This document shows, piece by piece, positions 51,598-64,000 of a stretch of 64,000 nt of DNA; position 1 is the stretch's first letter; every line of letters starts with the position of its first letter. The DNA comes from Felis catus (lineage: Eukaryota): positions 6,946,001 to 7,010,000 of the forward strand of contig NC_058383.1 in assembly GCF_018350175.1 (NCBI RefSeq), given 5' to 3'. The notes beneath the pieces were generated by a model that ran no database searches, was not told the DNA's origin, and saw only the letters and a list, made by a program, of their open reading frames with translations. Position numbers and translations under genes: made by a program.

Positions 51598-51944
51598 AGG
51601 TACATCATGATTAATTAAAGTAGCATATTATGGTCTGGTTTATACAAAGAGGTTCTAGTCTAACAATAAAAGCTAAGATATCCAGGGATGTAATTCTGTT
51701 GCTTTGATCACTCCAAACCTGTGGAAGTAGACACTGATCTCACTGCTGTAGTGGTGGTCCTCATGTGTGACTTGCCCTGGCTCACCCATTGGTTTGAAAT
51801 TTCCAATAAAGGCCATAAGGGAATGACTCCTGGTTTCAATGACTCCTGGTGTCTTTTACTCTTCTGATTAGAAGAGCAAATTATAATTGCTCCAGGTAAA
51901 TTTTGTATTTTCACTGTGCTTTCCATTGTTCTTTTTCCTTACAG

Positions 51945-52072
51945 TACTCTTCCCATTCCTTACCCCAATTTTTGAACTATTAAATATCTGGATATTTCCA
52001 AAAAAAGTTACTGATTTTTTCACAAAATCTGTAAAAAGTATGAAGGAAAGTCGCCTCAAAGATAAACAAAAG
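51945..52072 (+). CDS. CYP3A: CYP3A gene B exon 8
   Basis: 128 bp; [42 protein letters not shown]. Confidence 0.97.
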
Positions 52073-53137
52073 GTAAATCCAGTGGTGGTTACATGTGGAT
52101 GTTCGCTTTTGATCTTTTATTGAGTTGTGTACATCTCATGTGTGTACTTCTATGCATGTTTTTATGGTAGGTAGAGCACTGTAGGGTTTAGAGCAGGAGA
52201 GTTCTAACATTTTAGAATTAAAAAGGTGGAAGTTAAGGAAGGAGATAAGAAAATGAGTCAGAGAAAGAATGTTTAAAATTTAATAATAAGCATGGCAACT
52301 AGTATGTCACTGCACAAAATTTGGTGAGAGAAAAACTACCACTTCACTTCAATAAATTGTCGAAGCATAAAAATTACTGCGTAAAAATAATTTTCTGTAT
52401 TGTGATTTTTCCAGATCCCGCATTGGCAAAGAATGCCTTCAATTCTAAGCCTCTTGTTTTACACATTCTCTAGTGGAATGTCCTGTTAGGCACTTGGTGG
52501 AGTATAGTCTGTGTTAAACTTGAGCTTGCCATTGTCTGGAGTGGGCAGGAGTCTTCTCTGGGCACTAAGGCTGCAAGATGGCTAAGCCAGTTTTGCCTCA
52601 TGAGGCCTGGTGGCCAGAAAAGAATGTGTGCTGCACAGGGAGACAGGGCTGGGTACCCCAGGATGTCACTGAGGATTGTGCAGGGTTCTGAGAGGGTGGG
52701 GCACTGGAAGATGCTGACACACAGCTGCTCATTGACACTGCAGGGGTCAGGGGATTGATCTTTGTGACCATTCATTAAGAATTAAGGCCAGAGTTAAAAA
52801 GGACTGGAATCATGGACTTTCTCTTGAGCAAGCAGGCATGGCAAGAGAGGGAGCAGGCAATTCTTTGGCCAGGAAGCTGTAGTCAAAAGCCAGAAAAGCT
52901 GAAGGCAAGAACCAAAAAGCAGTGAGACACAGTAGCTGGATTCCCGTCAGGGAAGCATCCTGTTCTCCAAGTTTGTAGCTGGATGTTTTTGTTTAGTGAT
53001 GACTCTGAGAAAACTAGTGAGACCTTTGTGCATAAAGGGGCCATATTCTCAAGAAAGAAATTAAGTCCTGAACCCCTGACTTAATTCTGACTTCACAAGT
53101 GACTTTTTGTCATTGAAACTTCTCTTTCTGCTTCCAG

Positions 53138-53204
53138 CACCGAGTGGATTTGCTCCAGCTGATGATTAACTCCCAGAATTCCAAAGAAACAGACACCCAT
53201 AAAG
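53138..53204 (+). CDS. CYP3A: CYP3A gene B exon 9
   Basis: 67 bp; HRVDLLQLMINSQNSKETDTHK. Confidence 0.96.
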
Positions 53205-54824
53205 GTAAGCAAGGAGAGTTTCAGAGAACCAGTGATGGGAGACTCAGAGGCAGGGGTGGTTCTGAGATGTGCAGGAAGGTTTTTAGCAAGTGGAATTCTG
53301 CAAATTGAAGAACAACACATGTTTAGATAGAAACGGAGCAGAAGCACTGTTTTCAGAAGCCCACAGTCTCAGGTTTGTTCAGAGCCTGTTGGCAATGATA
53401 GACTAAGCAGTCAGTTGTCTGCCACAGGGGAGCTTGTTTCCAATGTGAATCCTGTGGCTTACTCCAGACCCACTGAATCAGAACCTCTGTCTGGAAATTC
53501 ACATCAAGGCTTCATCACACCAGGAGGCACATGGCCCCATTGTTGGTGACCTTCACTTGGGACACCTGGTTAAAGTTGTGTTCACTGGCATAATATACTT
53601 GTAAAGTTTTATTTTTCCCTTCATAATTAATAAATAACTGGTGCAGGAAGCCTTTGCAACTGTGTAAATGCTGTGGGGTTTTTTCAAAGTTTAACTTATT
53701 ACCTATCTTGTCCATGGATGGCATTTGACTGAAACCATTAATACCATGATGGTTTCAGGATGGTGAATTTCTAAATACATCCTTTCTTCTATATTTATGA
53801 GTTAATGTTCCATTGTCAGGGAGCTATTAATCTCTCACGAATTAATTTATTTATATATGTCAGTATGATCTCATATATAACTAAATCTCTTACATCATTT
53901 TTATTTAGATCCTCAATTCTCTCACATTTGTCATCTGGAAGGCCTTTCAAGTGGGCTTCTGTGTATTATTTTTATTCTTTCTTCTTTTTAAGGCTTTCAA
54001 TAGAGTTTATTTTTTATAGCAGTTTTAGGTTCACTAAAATTGAGTAAAAAACAGAGACTTCCCATATTCCTGTGCTCTACCTACAGTCAGCCTCCCACAT
54101 TATCAAAATCCCTCACAATGTGGTGTGTGTGTGTATATTATTTATTGTGTGTATATATTTATTACAATCAATGTCCCTACAATGACACATTATTGCCACC
54201 CCAAATCCTTGGTTTACATTACAGTTCACTCTTGGTGTTGTCCATTCTATAGGTTTTAACAAATGTATAATGATGTCTATTCACCTTTACGGTATTCTGT
54301 ATCCTTTTCCCATATCATTTTCTGAGAATTTCCTTGCATTCTGGTGTGAGACATTCCAGGTTTATGTTTTGTTTCCCCTGATGAGTGTTGGAACCAGCCA
54401 TTTCTCCATGAATCTGTTTCCTATTAGTGAGAAATGGTATTTAGAAATACAAATCTGGGATCTAGGAGTGTTCACTGCTACTAGGGTTTCTTTGCTTCTA
54501 TTTTCTCTCAGAAGACCAAGATAAGAACATGAAATATATTTATACAGGAGTGTTAAATGTAAGTATGTCTATATCTATCCATAACCATTGATGTAATTAT
54601 GTTCTATATATCTGAAAGAAAAAAGGAGTCTTGATTTGTAGTTTTTTCTATGACAGAAATATTCCCATTGTGTTTAATTTCAAGCTATCTCTGGTTTGAC
54701 AAAAATCTCACAAAATTCTTGAATATTTAGCCATAGATTTTGGAGAAAAAGGATGGTTTATTCCATCATACCACAAAAAAATATATCCTATATCTATATC
54801 TACCATCTATCTATCATCTATCTA

Positions 54825-54870
<46 letters not shown>

Positions 54871-55669
54871 TCTATTATGTCTATCTATCTAGTCCTACTG
54901 CTTTCTGTGATGAAGGAAATATTCTATATATTCCCAGTTCAGTACAGAACTACTATACACATGTGGTTATTGAGAACTTGACATGTGGCTAGAGTCACTG
55001 AAGAACTGAATTTTATATTGTATTTAATTTAGTCAATTAAGATTTAAGTATAAATAGTCACATCTGGCAAGTAGCTACTGTATTTGAAAGCACAACTCTA
55101 AACTTTGATTATCATGAGGTTCATGGTAATTGAGGGGAAGAATTTGATAGTTGAATTTATCCACAGTAGCATCATAGAAAGTATGACTGGGAAATAAGAA
55201 CTCTGTAGACCTTTCTTATACTCGTTTTGTATTGCTCTTAGTTGTGAGTTATGTATTTGTGGCAGGTACCATGTTAATTTCAGTGCTCTAAGTATCTAAT
55301 GGTCTTAACACAGTGCTGATCAAAGAAATTAAAGTCTGACCATGCTGAGTTTCTGTCAGGAGAAAATCAAAAGGGAGGCCAACATATATTCAGAGTGGGA
55401 CCATTTTCTCAGGAAGGTTACAATCAGGCCATGAGTGAATAAGCATTGCTAATTCCACTTACTGGATTCTGTTTATATTTCATGCTAGCCATTGTCCTTC
55501 TATCGATCATTGTTTCTCTTGCTGTTTTAATGTGGTTGATTAGGCTAGCATCAGACACTACCCTTCTAGCTTTTTGTCTGTGTTGTAGTTTCTGTATATA
55601 TCTGAGATCATCCACTTGAAGAATGTACCCCAGGTCTTCTATTAGCTGAGACCTCTCAAAGTTGTAATC

Positions 55670-55830
55670 CAGGCTTCTCAAACTAGGTTGTGTGCAAAAC
55701 TTCCCACATCTTGTGAAGCTCAAATGTTGATTTGACAGTTCTAGGGTGAGGTTTGAGATTCTATATTTATAATAAGCTCCCAGATGCTGCAACTGCTGCT
55801 GGTCCATGAACCACACTTTGAGTAGCAAGT
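55670..55830. mobile_element. MER5-like DNA transposon relic
   Basis: CTTCTCAAACT...AAGCTCCCAGATGCTGC..GCTGGTCCATGAACCACACTTTGAGTAGCA; similar relics at ~19890-20030, ~39810-39940 and ~63530-63690. Confidence 0.65.
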
Positions 55831-56356
55831 TTATCTGTAGCCCAACATTGTTCTCTTAAGTCTTCACTAGTATGTTAAGATGAAAGATCATTTAGTTTTC
55901 CTGACTAGCCTTAGCATTGCAAACTCTCCCAAAAAAATTTATGCTGTATTTTAGCTGGAAGAATTTAAATTTTCATGGGGAGCACTGCTATCTCATGTTA
56001 CTTATGGCTGAAGTACTTTTATGATTCTCCAGTGAACAAACTGATAACACTGTGTACATTAGACAAAAATGTCATCTTATGAAACTACCCACCTGTGGTG
56101 GTGGGGAGGGTGGCATAACCAGAAACAGAAAGCTAAGAATAGTATATACCTTGGGAATAAACAGATCACGATAACTTATGGCTCTTTCTGGCTCTGGAAG
56201 ATAGACATTAGAGTGGAAACCCTTCAGAGTTTGATTCCAAATTGCCTTTATATTTTACTCCTGAGGGATTTGAGAGTTTCAGATGGATTTCTCATCATCT
56301 ACTATGATGTTTTACATTTGCCTGGTGTAGCTAAAATGCATTTCCTCTCCTTTTAG

Positions 56357-56517
56357 CTCTGTCTGATCTAGAGCTTGTGGCCCAATCTATTATGTTTATT
56401 TTTGGTGGCTATGAGACCACAAGCACTTCTCTTTCCTTCCTTGTGTATGAATTGGCCACTCACCCTGATGTCCAGCAGAAACTGCAGGAGGAGATTGATG
56501 CAACTTTCCCTGATAAG
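56357..56517 (+). CDS. CYP3A: CYP3A gene B exon 10 (I-helix)
   Basis: 161 bp; [54 protein letters not shown]. Confidence 0.97.
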
Positions 56518-57912
56518 GTGAGCGGGTCATACCTGCAAAGGGAATAAGGATGGGCTTGGATATGCCTCAGTAACAGATTAGCCCTCTAATCTAGTGGGTT
56601 TTCATAGCAAAGGTTCACTTTTAACTCACATTCCCATATCCAACATAGGTCTTAGTAGAGGATGGGAGTGAGTCTCTGCTCCATATAGGTACTTGGGAAT
56701 ACAGGGCATCGAGGCTCCACTTTTAATACCTGTATTAGTTGGAACTTCATGTTGGCTGTGGAACAAGAACTAGAGTTGTATACCTGCTTTTCAAATGTTT
56801 GGCCCTGAACTGACATACATCTCCTCAGTTCACAGTCCATTTGCAAGTTGTTTCCCATAGGTTCATGTAGGCTAGGAAATATGGGGGTCTAAATGGATAT
56901 TGGATAAGTAGTGAGTGTCTCTACTACATGCCCTAAGAAGTGTCATCTCAAATTATCTCCATGTCACAAGGCAGGAAACTTAGCTATGGAGAGACAACAT
57001 AACTCTTACAGTATCACTAGTGTTAAAGAAGCCAGGCTAGGAGCTAGGGTGCCTAGGTCCTGATTGAACTCTTAATCTCTCCAATGTTGGCTCTTAAATA
57101 TAACACCAAGAGATAGGTACATATTGCCCATGCTGTCTCAGATCTCTTCCAAACTGGAATTCCCTCTTTGTGAAGAGACCTGGCCTCTGGGGCTGGAGTG
57201 GCTTATTTGGTGAATAGTGAAATCCTGAAGGGACAACTAGAAGACCCTTATAGTGGCAGAGAATGGGGCTGAGAGTAGGGTTCTTATCCCCTTTACAATG
57301 GCCCCTACAACTGAAGTTGTTTGTCAACAATTGGTAGCATCCAATCCTACCTACCTCTTGCCATTTTGGGTTGAAAGGAACTGGTGTCTCCCCAAATTAT
57401 TTATGGTTTTTATATAATATAGTGTCTCTCTCCACATATTGTATATATATTTGAAGAACTAGGAAGCAGGATATTTCCAGTAGAAAAGTTTACGTGGCTA
57501 GGGTATTTTTTTCTGTTGCATGTTCCCCTTCCTTGGTACAGATGTGTCGCCTTATTTTGAAAGAAACAGTGACTTCAACATTTTTCACTTAAGAGTAAGG
57601 GTCATCATATATCAGTCACCTTTGTTCACATGAGGAAAAAAACCACACATAGCTATGGGAAGGATTTCCTGTTTAGGAACAAGTCCTGTTTAGGGGAATG
57701 TCCCAATGTTCTTCCCTAGTCATTACTGTTGTATACATATCAGGGGCCATTGAGCAGATCAAAGGACATGGTAGACATTGAAATGCTCATAAATAGTCTT
57801 TACCAAAATACATGTTTCTTAGGGATTCCTAACAGTTCAGTAGTATTGCATAGACTGAGTTGAATGTTGATTCCAAATCTCAATTTATCAAAATCTGTGT
57901 CTTTCCTTCTAG

Positions 57913-58139
57913 GCATCTCCCACTTATGATGCTCTTGTACAGATGGAGTATCTTGACATGGTGTTGAATGAAACCCTCAGATTATACCCAATCGCTGGTA
58001 GACTTGAGAGGGTCTGTAAGAGAGATGTGGAAATCAGTGGTGTGTTCATTCCCAAAGGGACAGTGGTGATGGTGCCAACCTTTATTCTTCACCGGGACCT
58101 GGATCTCTGGCCAGAGCCTGAGGAATTCTGTCCTGAAAG
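57913..58139 (+). CDS. CYP3A: CYP3A gene B exon 11 (ExxR, PER)
   Basis: 227 bp; [76 protein letters not shown]. Confidence 0.97.
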
Positions 58140-59506
58140 GTATGGGGAACCCTGAAAAAGAGATCCCACCCTCATATAGGAAGATATTCTGATATTTCTT
58201 TGTATAGATGACAAATATCTGATTGTTCAGTTGTTTATTTCTATATCTTTTTATATTTAGAAGTATTTTTCTAATTATAAAATGATTATTGTCAAAATTT
58301 TACAGATTGTAGTTGAGAGAAAAAGAAACTTAATGTCATCATCAGTACAATATGTCAAGATTATTAATAATGATATGTTACATCTTTGTGGACATTTTCC
58401 ATGCATATATAGATTACTTAAAGTTAGAATGGCATTATATTTTTTGACTACTTAATGTAACAGTAAACTATAATCTGTAAATTCTATGTGATTTGTGTTT
58501 ATGATTATATGCATATATCATAATTTATTTAACCAATATCTTATTTAAGAAAATGGGACTATTTTTTCTTTAAGTTTTTCTGTCCTCCCCACATCCTTAC
58601 ATTTACTCCCCACATCCTTACATTCCATGTTTATAAACCTTGGCCACCATTTCCACTAGCCCTAGTGGGAAAGGAGAGGCTGTGGAGCTGAGAGTCCTCA
58701 TCCCTGGCAGGAGGAGCAACCTCATGAGGATGGGGGCGTACACAAATCCTGTGATTTCTGTGGCTGCAGTCCTGTGCCAGCTCCCACCTCTCTTGGTATC
58801 TGGGGTTAGTCCAAAGCAAAGTCATCTGCTCTATAGCCATCTGAGACATCCTTCTTGAAGGGTCTTGAACTTTCTCTCTGGGAATCCAGAGCAGAGTCTG
58901 GCTTTGGGCACAGCTTGAATTCTGTAAAGAGCTGCTGCTTTCCTGTTTATTGTATTGGTGAGAAAAAATTTGGAGTACATTTGTAGGGATCTAGACTTTT
59001 AGCTCTGACTCTAAGCTCCCTGATGGCAGGGCCCTTGTCTTGTTGCATGGTGTTCTAGTGCTAGCATTGTGTCTATACATACTACTTGCTGAAAGAAGTC
59101 AGAATCGACCAAGTTGTCTGTTTTCTGGACCAAGAGACCTGGTGGTTCCCACAAGCTCAGAAGTCCCCAGTGCTGTATTTTCTGAAACAGAAAACAGAGA
59201 CTCCTGGTTCTTCTCTGTGATTCATTCAGCAATGAGAGGAAGTGCTTACCTCTGTGTGTCAAGGACTATGCCAGGCAGCACCAAGTCCACATATTAAAAT
59301 GTCTATTATGGAGAATTTTTGACACACGCACAAGCATATTTTGTAGATGCATGTCTATGAAATACTCTTAATGCATTTATGTGTGCCCATCATCTGTCCA
59401 ACACCACTAACCTCTATCAGGTGCCCCATCCACAGGCCATAACAATTCCTCGTCTTATGCCCATATCTCTGTAAGACACACAATCTCATTCCAGAACGTT
59501 GTCCAT

Positions 59507-59688
59507 TTTTTTAAAAATGCTTGTTTATTTTTGAGAAAGAGAGCAGGAAGGGGGCATAGGGAGAGAAAGAGAGAATCCCAAGCAAGTCTGCACGGTCAGC
59601 AGAAAACCTGATGTGGGGCTCGAACTCATGAACCCTGAGATCATAACTCGAGCCAAAATCAAGAGTTGAATGGTTAACTGACTGAGCC
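59507..59688 (-). mobile_element. CAN-SINE, 5'-clipped
   Basis: SINE body flanked by TTGTCCAT repeats (~59499 and ~59698). Confidence 0.85.
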
Positions 59689-60350
59689 CCAAATATTTTG
59701 TCCATATTTTGAACACTTTTAAAAGATATCTACTGATGATGTCATTATCACTTTCTGCAAATCTATATTTTTCCTTAATAGGAAGCCTCATGTAACAGAC
59801 AGAGAAGAATTCAGTGATTACACATATCTGTCAGTGTGATTATAGTGAGCAGCAGCGTGTGCTCATGTAAATCTTCTGACAGGCTGTTCTGTCGAAGTGG
59901 CTGGGGGGATCCTAGTGGGGAGGGGAGGGAAGAGAAGAGAAAAATCACAATGTAAATCACGGGAGACATTTCTTCTGCTTCCTTCTTGAGCATTTGACCA
60001 CAGTAAGTCAATGGAGGTAGGAATCTACCTTTTCTTCAGTCAGGCTCATTTCCTGCTTGCCTTTCAGAGTGTGAACATCTCCCCACCCTGACTGTAATTC
60101 TAGTGTTTAAGATAACCCTTCCTTTTAACAACATTCATCTCATCTCCTCAATAAGACTGACCACTCCCACAGGGTAAGGGGAATGCAGAGAATCTGTAGC
60201 TTACAGTTGTCACCGCAGAATAAGCATGGCAGGATTTCAGTGACCAGTGCCCAAGAGTGTCCTGTGTAGTCCTGGTTGAGAACCCCACACATGTGGCTCT
60301 TGTGGTTTTTATGTTTCACTAATTTGTTTCCAACTTGAATGTGGAACCAG

Positions 60351-60513
60351 GTTCAGCAAGAAGAACAAGGATAGTATAAATCCTTATATATACCTGCCTT
60401 TTGGATCTGGACCCCGAAACTGCATTGGCATGAGGTTCGCGATTATGAACATGAAACTTGCCCTTGTCAGAGTCCTGCAGAACTTCTCCTTCAAGCCTTG
60501 TAAAGAAACACAG
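60351..60513 (+). CDS. CYP3A: CYP3A gene B exon 12 (heme-binding)
   Basis: 163 bp; [54 protein letters not shown]. Exon 13 is expected ~300 bp beyond the window by alignment with gene A. Confidence 0.97.
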
Positions 60514-60605
60514 GTCAGACAGAGAACTTTCAGCATAAAGAATGTTTTACTTGTTTTTTTTAAACTAAGAGATACAGAAAGGATGTATGTGCGTGCACAC
60601 ATGTA

Positions 60606-60650
<45 letters not shown>

Positions 60651-60831
60651 GCTCCTTTGTACTTAATTTGTTCTGTTGGTCATCTCTATTTGGATTCATC
60701 TGTGACTTTTAAGTTTCGTTCAGCTCTGAATGCCACGTCTATGGGTTATTAACACTCAAACATAAGGGCCATCTAGAGTCAGTGCAGTTAGTGTGATATG
60801 ATTATTCACAGACCTTTGAACTTGAGCAATG

Positions 60832-61222
60832 TGGTTTTTTTGCGCTATTTTATTTTTTATTATTTATTTATTTTAAAATTTACATCCAAGTTAGTTAGCA
60901 TATAGTGCAATAATGATTTCAGGAGTAGAATCCAGTGATTTACCCTTTATGTACACGCCCCCCCCCAGTGCTTATCCCAACAAGTGTCTTCCTTAATGCC
61001 CCTTACCCATTTAGCCCATCCCCCCACCCACAACCCATCCAGGAATTCTCAGTTTGTTCTCTATATTTAAGAATCTCTCATGTTTTGTCCCCTTCCCTGT
61101 TTTTATATTATTTTTGCTTCCCTTCCCTTATGTTAATCCGTTTTGTATCTTAAATTCCACATATGAATGAAGTCATATGATATTTGCCTTTCTGTGACTA
61201 ATTTTGCTTAGCATAATATCCA
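60832..61222 (-). mobile_element. Short 5'-truncated L1 (3'UTR plus tail) in intron 12
   Basis: Same 3' end type as L1e (TTTACATCCAAGTTAGTTA); TSD GAACTTGAGCAA at 60818-60829 and 61223-61234. Confidence 0.88.
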
Positions 61223-61241
61223 GAACTTGAGCAACGTTTTA

Positions 61242-63390
61242 TTTATTTTTTTATTTTTATTTTTTGGTGAATAAATCTTTTTTTTTCTTCTTTTTTTTTT
61301 CAATATGTGAAATTTATGTCAGATTGGTTTCCATACAACACCCAGTGCTCATCCCAAAAGGTGCCCTCCTCAATACCCATCACCCACCCTCCCCTCCCTC
61401 CCACCCCCCATCAACCCTCAGTTTGTTCTCAGGTTTTAAGAGTCTCTTATGCTTTGGCTCTCTCCCACTCTAACCTCTTTTTTTTTTTTTCCTTCCCCTC
61501 CCCCATGGGTTTCTGTTAAGTTTCTCAGGATCCACATAAGAGTGAAAACATATGGTATCTGTCTTTCTCTGTATGGCTTATTTCACTTAGCATCACACTC
61601 TCCAGTTCCATCCACGTTGCTACAAAAGGCCATATTTCATTCTTTCTCATTGCCACGTAGTATTACATTGTGTATATAAACCACAATTTCTTTATCCATT
61701 CATCAGTTGATGGACATTTAGGCTCTTTCCACAATTTGGCTATTGTTGAGAGTGCTGCTATAAACATTGGGGTACAAGGGCCCCTATGCATCAGTACTCC
61801 TGTATCCCTTGGGTAAATTCCTAGCAGTGCTATTGCTGGGTCATAGGGTAGGTCTATATTTAATTTTTTGAGGAAACTCCACACTGTTTTCCAGAGTGGC
61901 TACACCAACTTGCATTCCCACCAACAGTGCAAGAGGGTTCCCATTTCTCCACATCCTCGCCAGCATCTATAGTCTCCTGATTTGTTCATTTTAGCCACTC
62001 TGACTGGCGTGAGGTGATATCTGAATGTGGTTTTGATTTGTATTTCCCTGATGAGGAGCGACGTTGAGCATCTTTTCATGTGCCTGTTGGCCATCTGGAT
62101 GTCTTCTTTAGAGAAGTGTCTATTCATGTTTTCTGCCCATTGCTTCACTGGGTTATTTGTTTTTCGGGTGTGGAGTTTGGTGAGCTCTTTATAGATTTTG
62201 GATACTAGCCCTTTGTCCGATATGTCATTTGAAAATATCTTTTCCCATTCTGTTGGTTGCCTTTTAGTTTTGTTGGTTGTTTCCTTTGCTGTGCATAAGC
62301 TTTTTATCTTCATAAGGTCCCAGTAGTTCATTTTTGCTTTTAATTCCCTTGCCTTTGGGGATGTGTCAAGTAAGAAATTGCTACGACTGAGGTCAGAGAG
62401 GTCTTTTCCTGCTTTCTCCTCTAGGGTTTTGATGGTTTCCTGTCTCACATTCAGGTCCTTTATCCATTTTGAGTTTGTTTTTGTGAATGGTGTAAGAAAG
62501 TGGTCTAGTTTCATCCTTCTGCATGTTGCTGTCCAGTTCTCCCAGCACCATTTGTTAAAGAGACTGTCTTTTTTCCATTGGATGTTCTTTCCTGCTTTGT
62601 CAAAGATGAGTTGGCCATACGTTTGTGGGTCTAGTTCTGGGGTTTCTATTCTATTCTATTCCATTGGTCTATGTGTCTGTTTTTGTGCCAATACCATTCT
62701 GTCTTGATGATGACAGCTAAAGTCTGGGATTGTGATGCCTCTTGCTTTGGTCTTCTTCTTCAAAATTACTTTGGCTATTCGGGGCCTTTTGTGGTTCCAT
62801 CTGAATTTTAGGATTGCTTGTTCTAGCTTCAAGAAGAATGCTGGTGCAATTTTGATTGGGATTGCATTGAATGTGTAGATAGCTTTGGGTAGTGTTGACA
62901 TTTTAACAATATTTATTCTTCCGATCCATGAGCACTGAATGTTTTTCCATTTCTTTGTATCTTCTTCAATTTCCTTCATAAGCTTTTTATAGTTTTCAGC
63001 ATACAGATCTTTTACATCTTTGGTCAGGTTTATTCCTATGTATTTTATGCTTCTTGGAGCAATTGTGAATGGTATCAGTTTCTTTATTTGTCTTCTGTTG
63101 CTTCATTGTTAGTGTGTAAGAATGCAACTGATTTCTGTACATTGATTTTGTATCCTGCAACTTTGCTGAATTTATGTATCAGTTCTAGCAGACTTTTGGT
63201 GGAGTCTATTGGGTTTTCCATGTATAATATCATGTCATCTGCAAAAAGTGAAAGCTTGACTTCATCTTTGCCAATTTTGATGCCTTTCATTTCCTTTTGT
63301 TATCTGATTGCTGATGCTAGCACTTCCAACACTATGTTAAACAACAGCAGTGAGAGACATCCCTGTCGTGTTCCTGATCTCAGGGGAAAT
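61242..63390 (-). mobile_element. 5'-truncated young felid L1 in intron 12
   Basis: ORF2 C-terminal ORFs 61663..61884, 61900..62514 ([16 protein letters not shown]), 62656..62979 and 63084..63290; TSD TTGAGCAA(C/T)GTTTTA at 61227-61241 and 63391-63405. Confidence 0.95.
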
Positions 63391-64000
63391 TTGAGCAATG
63401 TTTTAAACTTCTTTCAAGTCCACTGAAAGGAAGGGAACATGTAGTGCACAGTAATGATGTGCAGTGATGAACACAACATGACTTTTGAATGATGCTGTTT
63501 CTACCACAACTTACAGATGCTCTCATAACTGTGGTTCACAACCCCTCCTTGTACATTGCAATCAGTATGTTCTTTTCACAATCCTGATGCCCAGGCCAAA
63601 TCAGAAATTCTAACATAATTCACCTAGAGTGGGCTTTAAAAGTGCCCTCATTGATTCTCATGTGCAAGCGAGGTTGAGAATCAATGGTGGGAAGCAAGTC
63701 TGCCAGATGTGAAGGACTCCCATGGTCCAGACCATCCTGGCTACTTGGCACCACATTCCATGAGCCCTGCCCCAGTCAAGCTTTGCTCCATTTATAGGCA
63801 ATGGGGCCATCATGAATGGATATTCTTACTGGGAGAAGCGATAGGATATTTAGCATTGAGGATGGCCATACAATAAAATGTGTAATATCCATCCAAGATG
63901 ATCTTGCAAACTCAACATACACAAAATTAACTGTATCACTTTTCAAATGGTTGCCATAATGGCTAAGAACTTGTTTTAAGTTTTTAATACTCATCCTTTT

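Overview
Mammalian genomic DNA from a felid, judged by the cat-type CAN-SINEs and L1s. The window covers part of a tandem cytochrome P450 CYP3A cluster on the + strand. Upstream gene A contributes exons 12-13 (19298-20728). Its intron 11 is swollen by a >16.8-kb pile of nested LINE-1 and SINE insertions. After an ~11.6-kb gap, gene B has a recognisable proximal promoter and exons 1-12 (32328-60513): 1416 coding nt, open frame, all GT-AG, with exon sizes matching CYP3A4. Its exon 13 should fall just past the window end. I found no wholly new gene system. The most notable observations are: (i) a solo class-II-like LTR in intron 1 of gene B carrying a perfect ER8 plus DR3-like nuclear-receptor sites, next to a promoter whose PXR/CAR ER6 has a damaged half-site; (ii) two inverted L1s sharing nonsense mutations in patchy near-identical tracts, suggesting gene conversion and a large intronic hairpin; (iii) a tail-less half-tRNA-Met retrocopy with a 16-bp TSD; (iv) a 3'-truncated, TSD-less L1 insertion; (v) two L1s inserted at the same target site; (vi) a 4-level nested insertion; (vii) Gly at I-helix position 305. 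Paralog names cannot be assigned from sequence alone, and repeat boundaries are read by eye and approximate.
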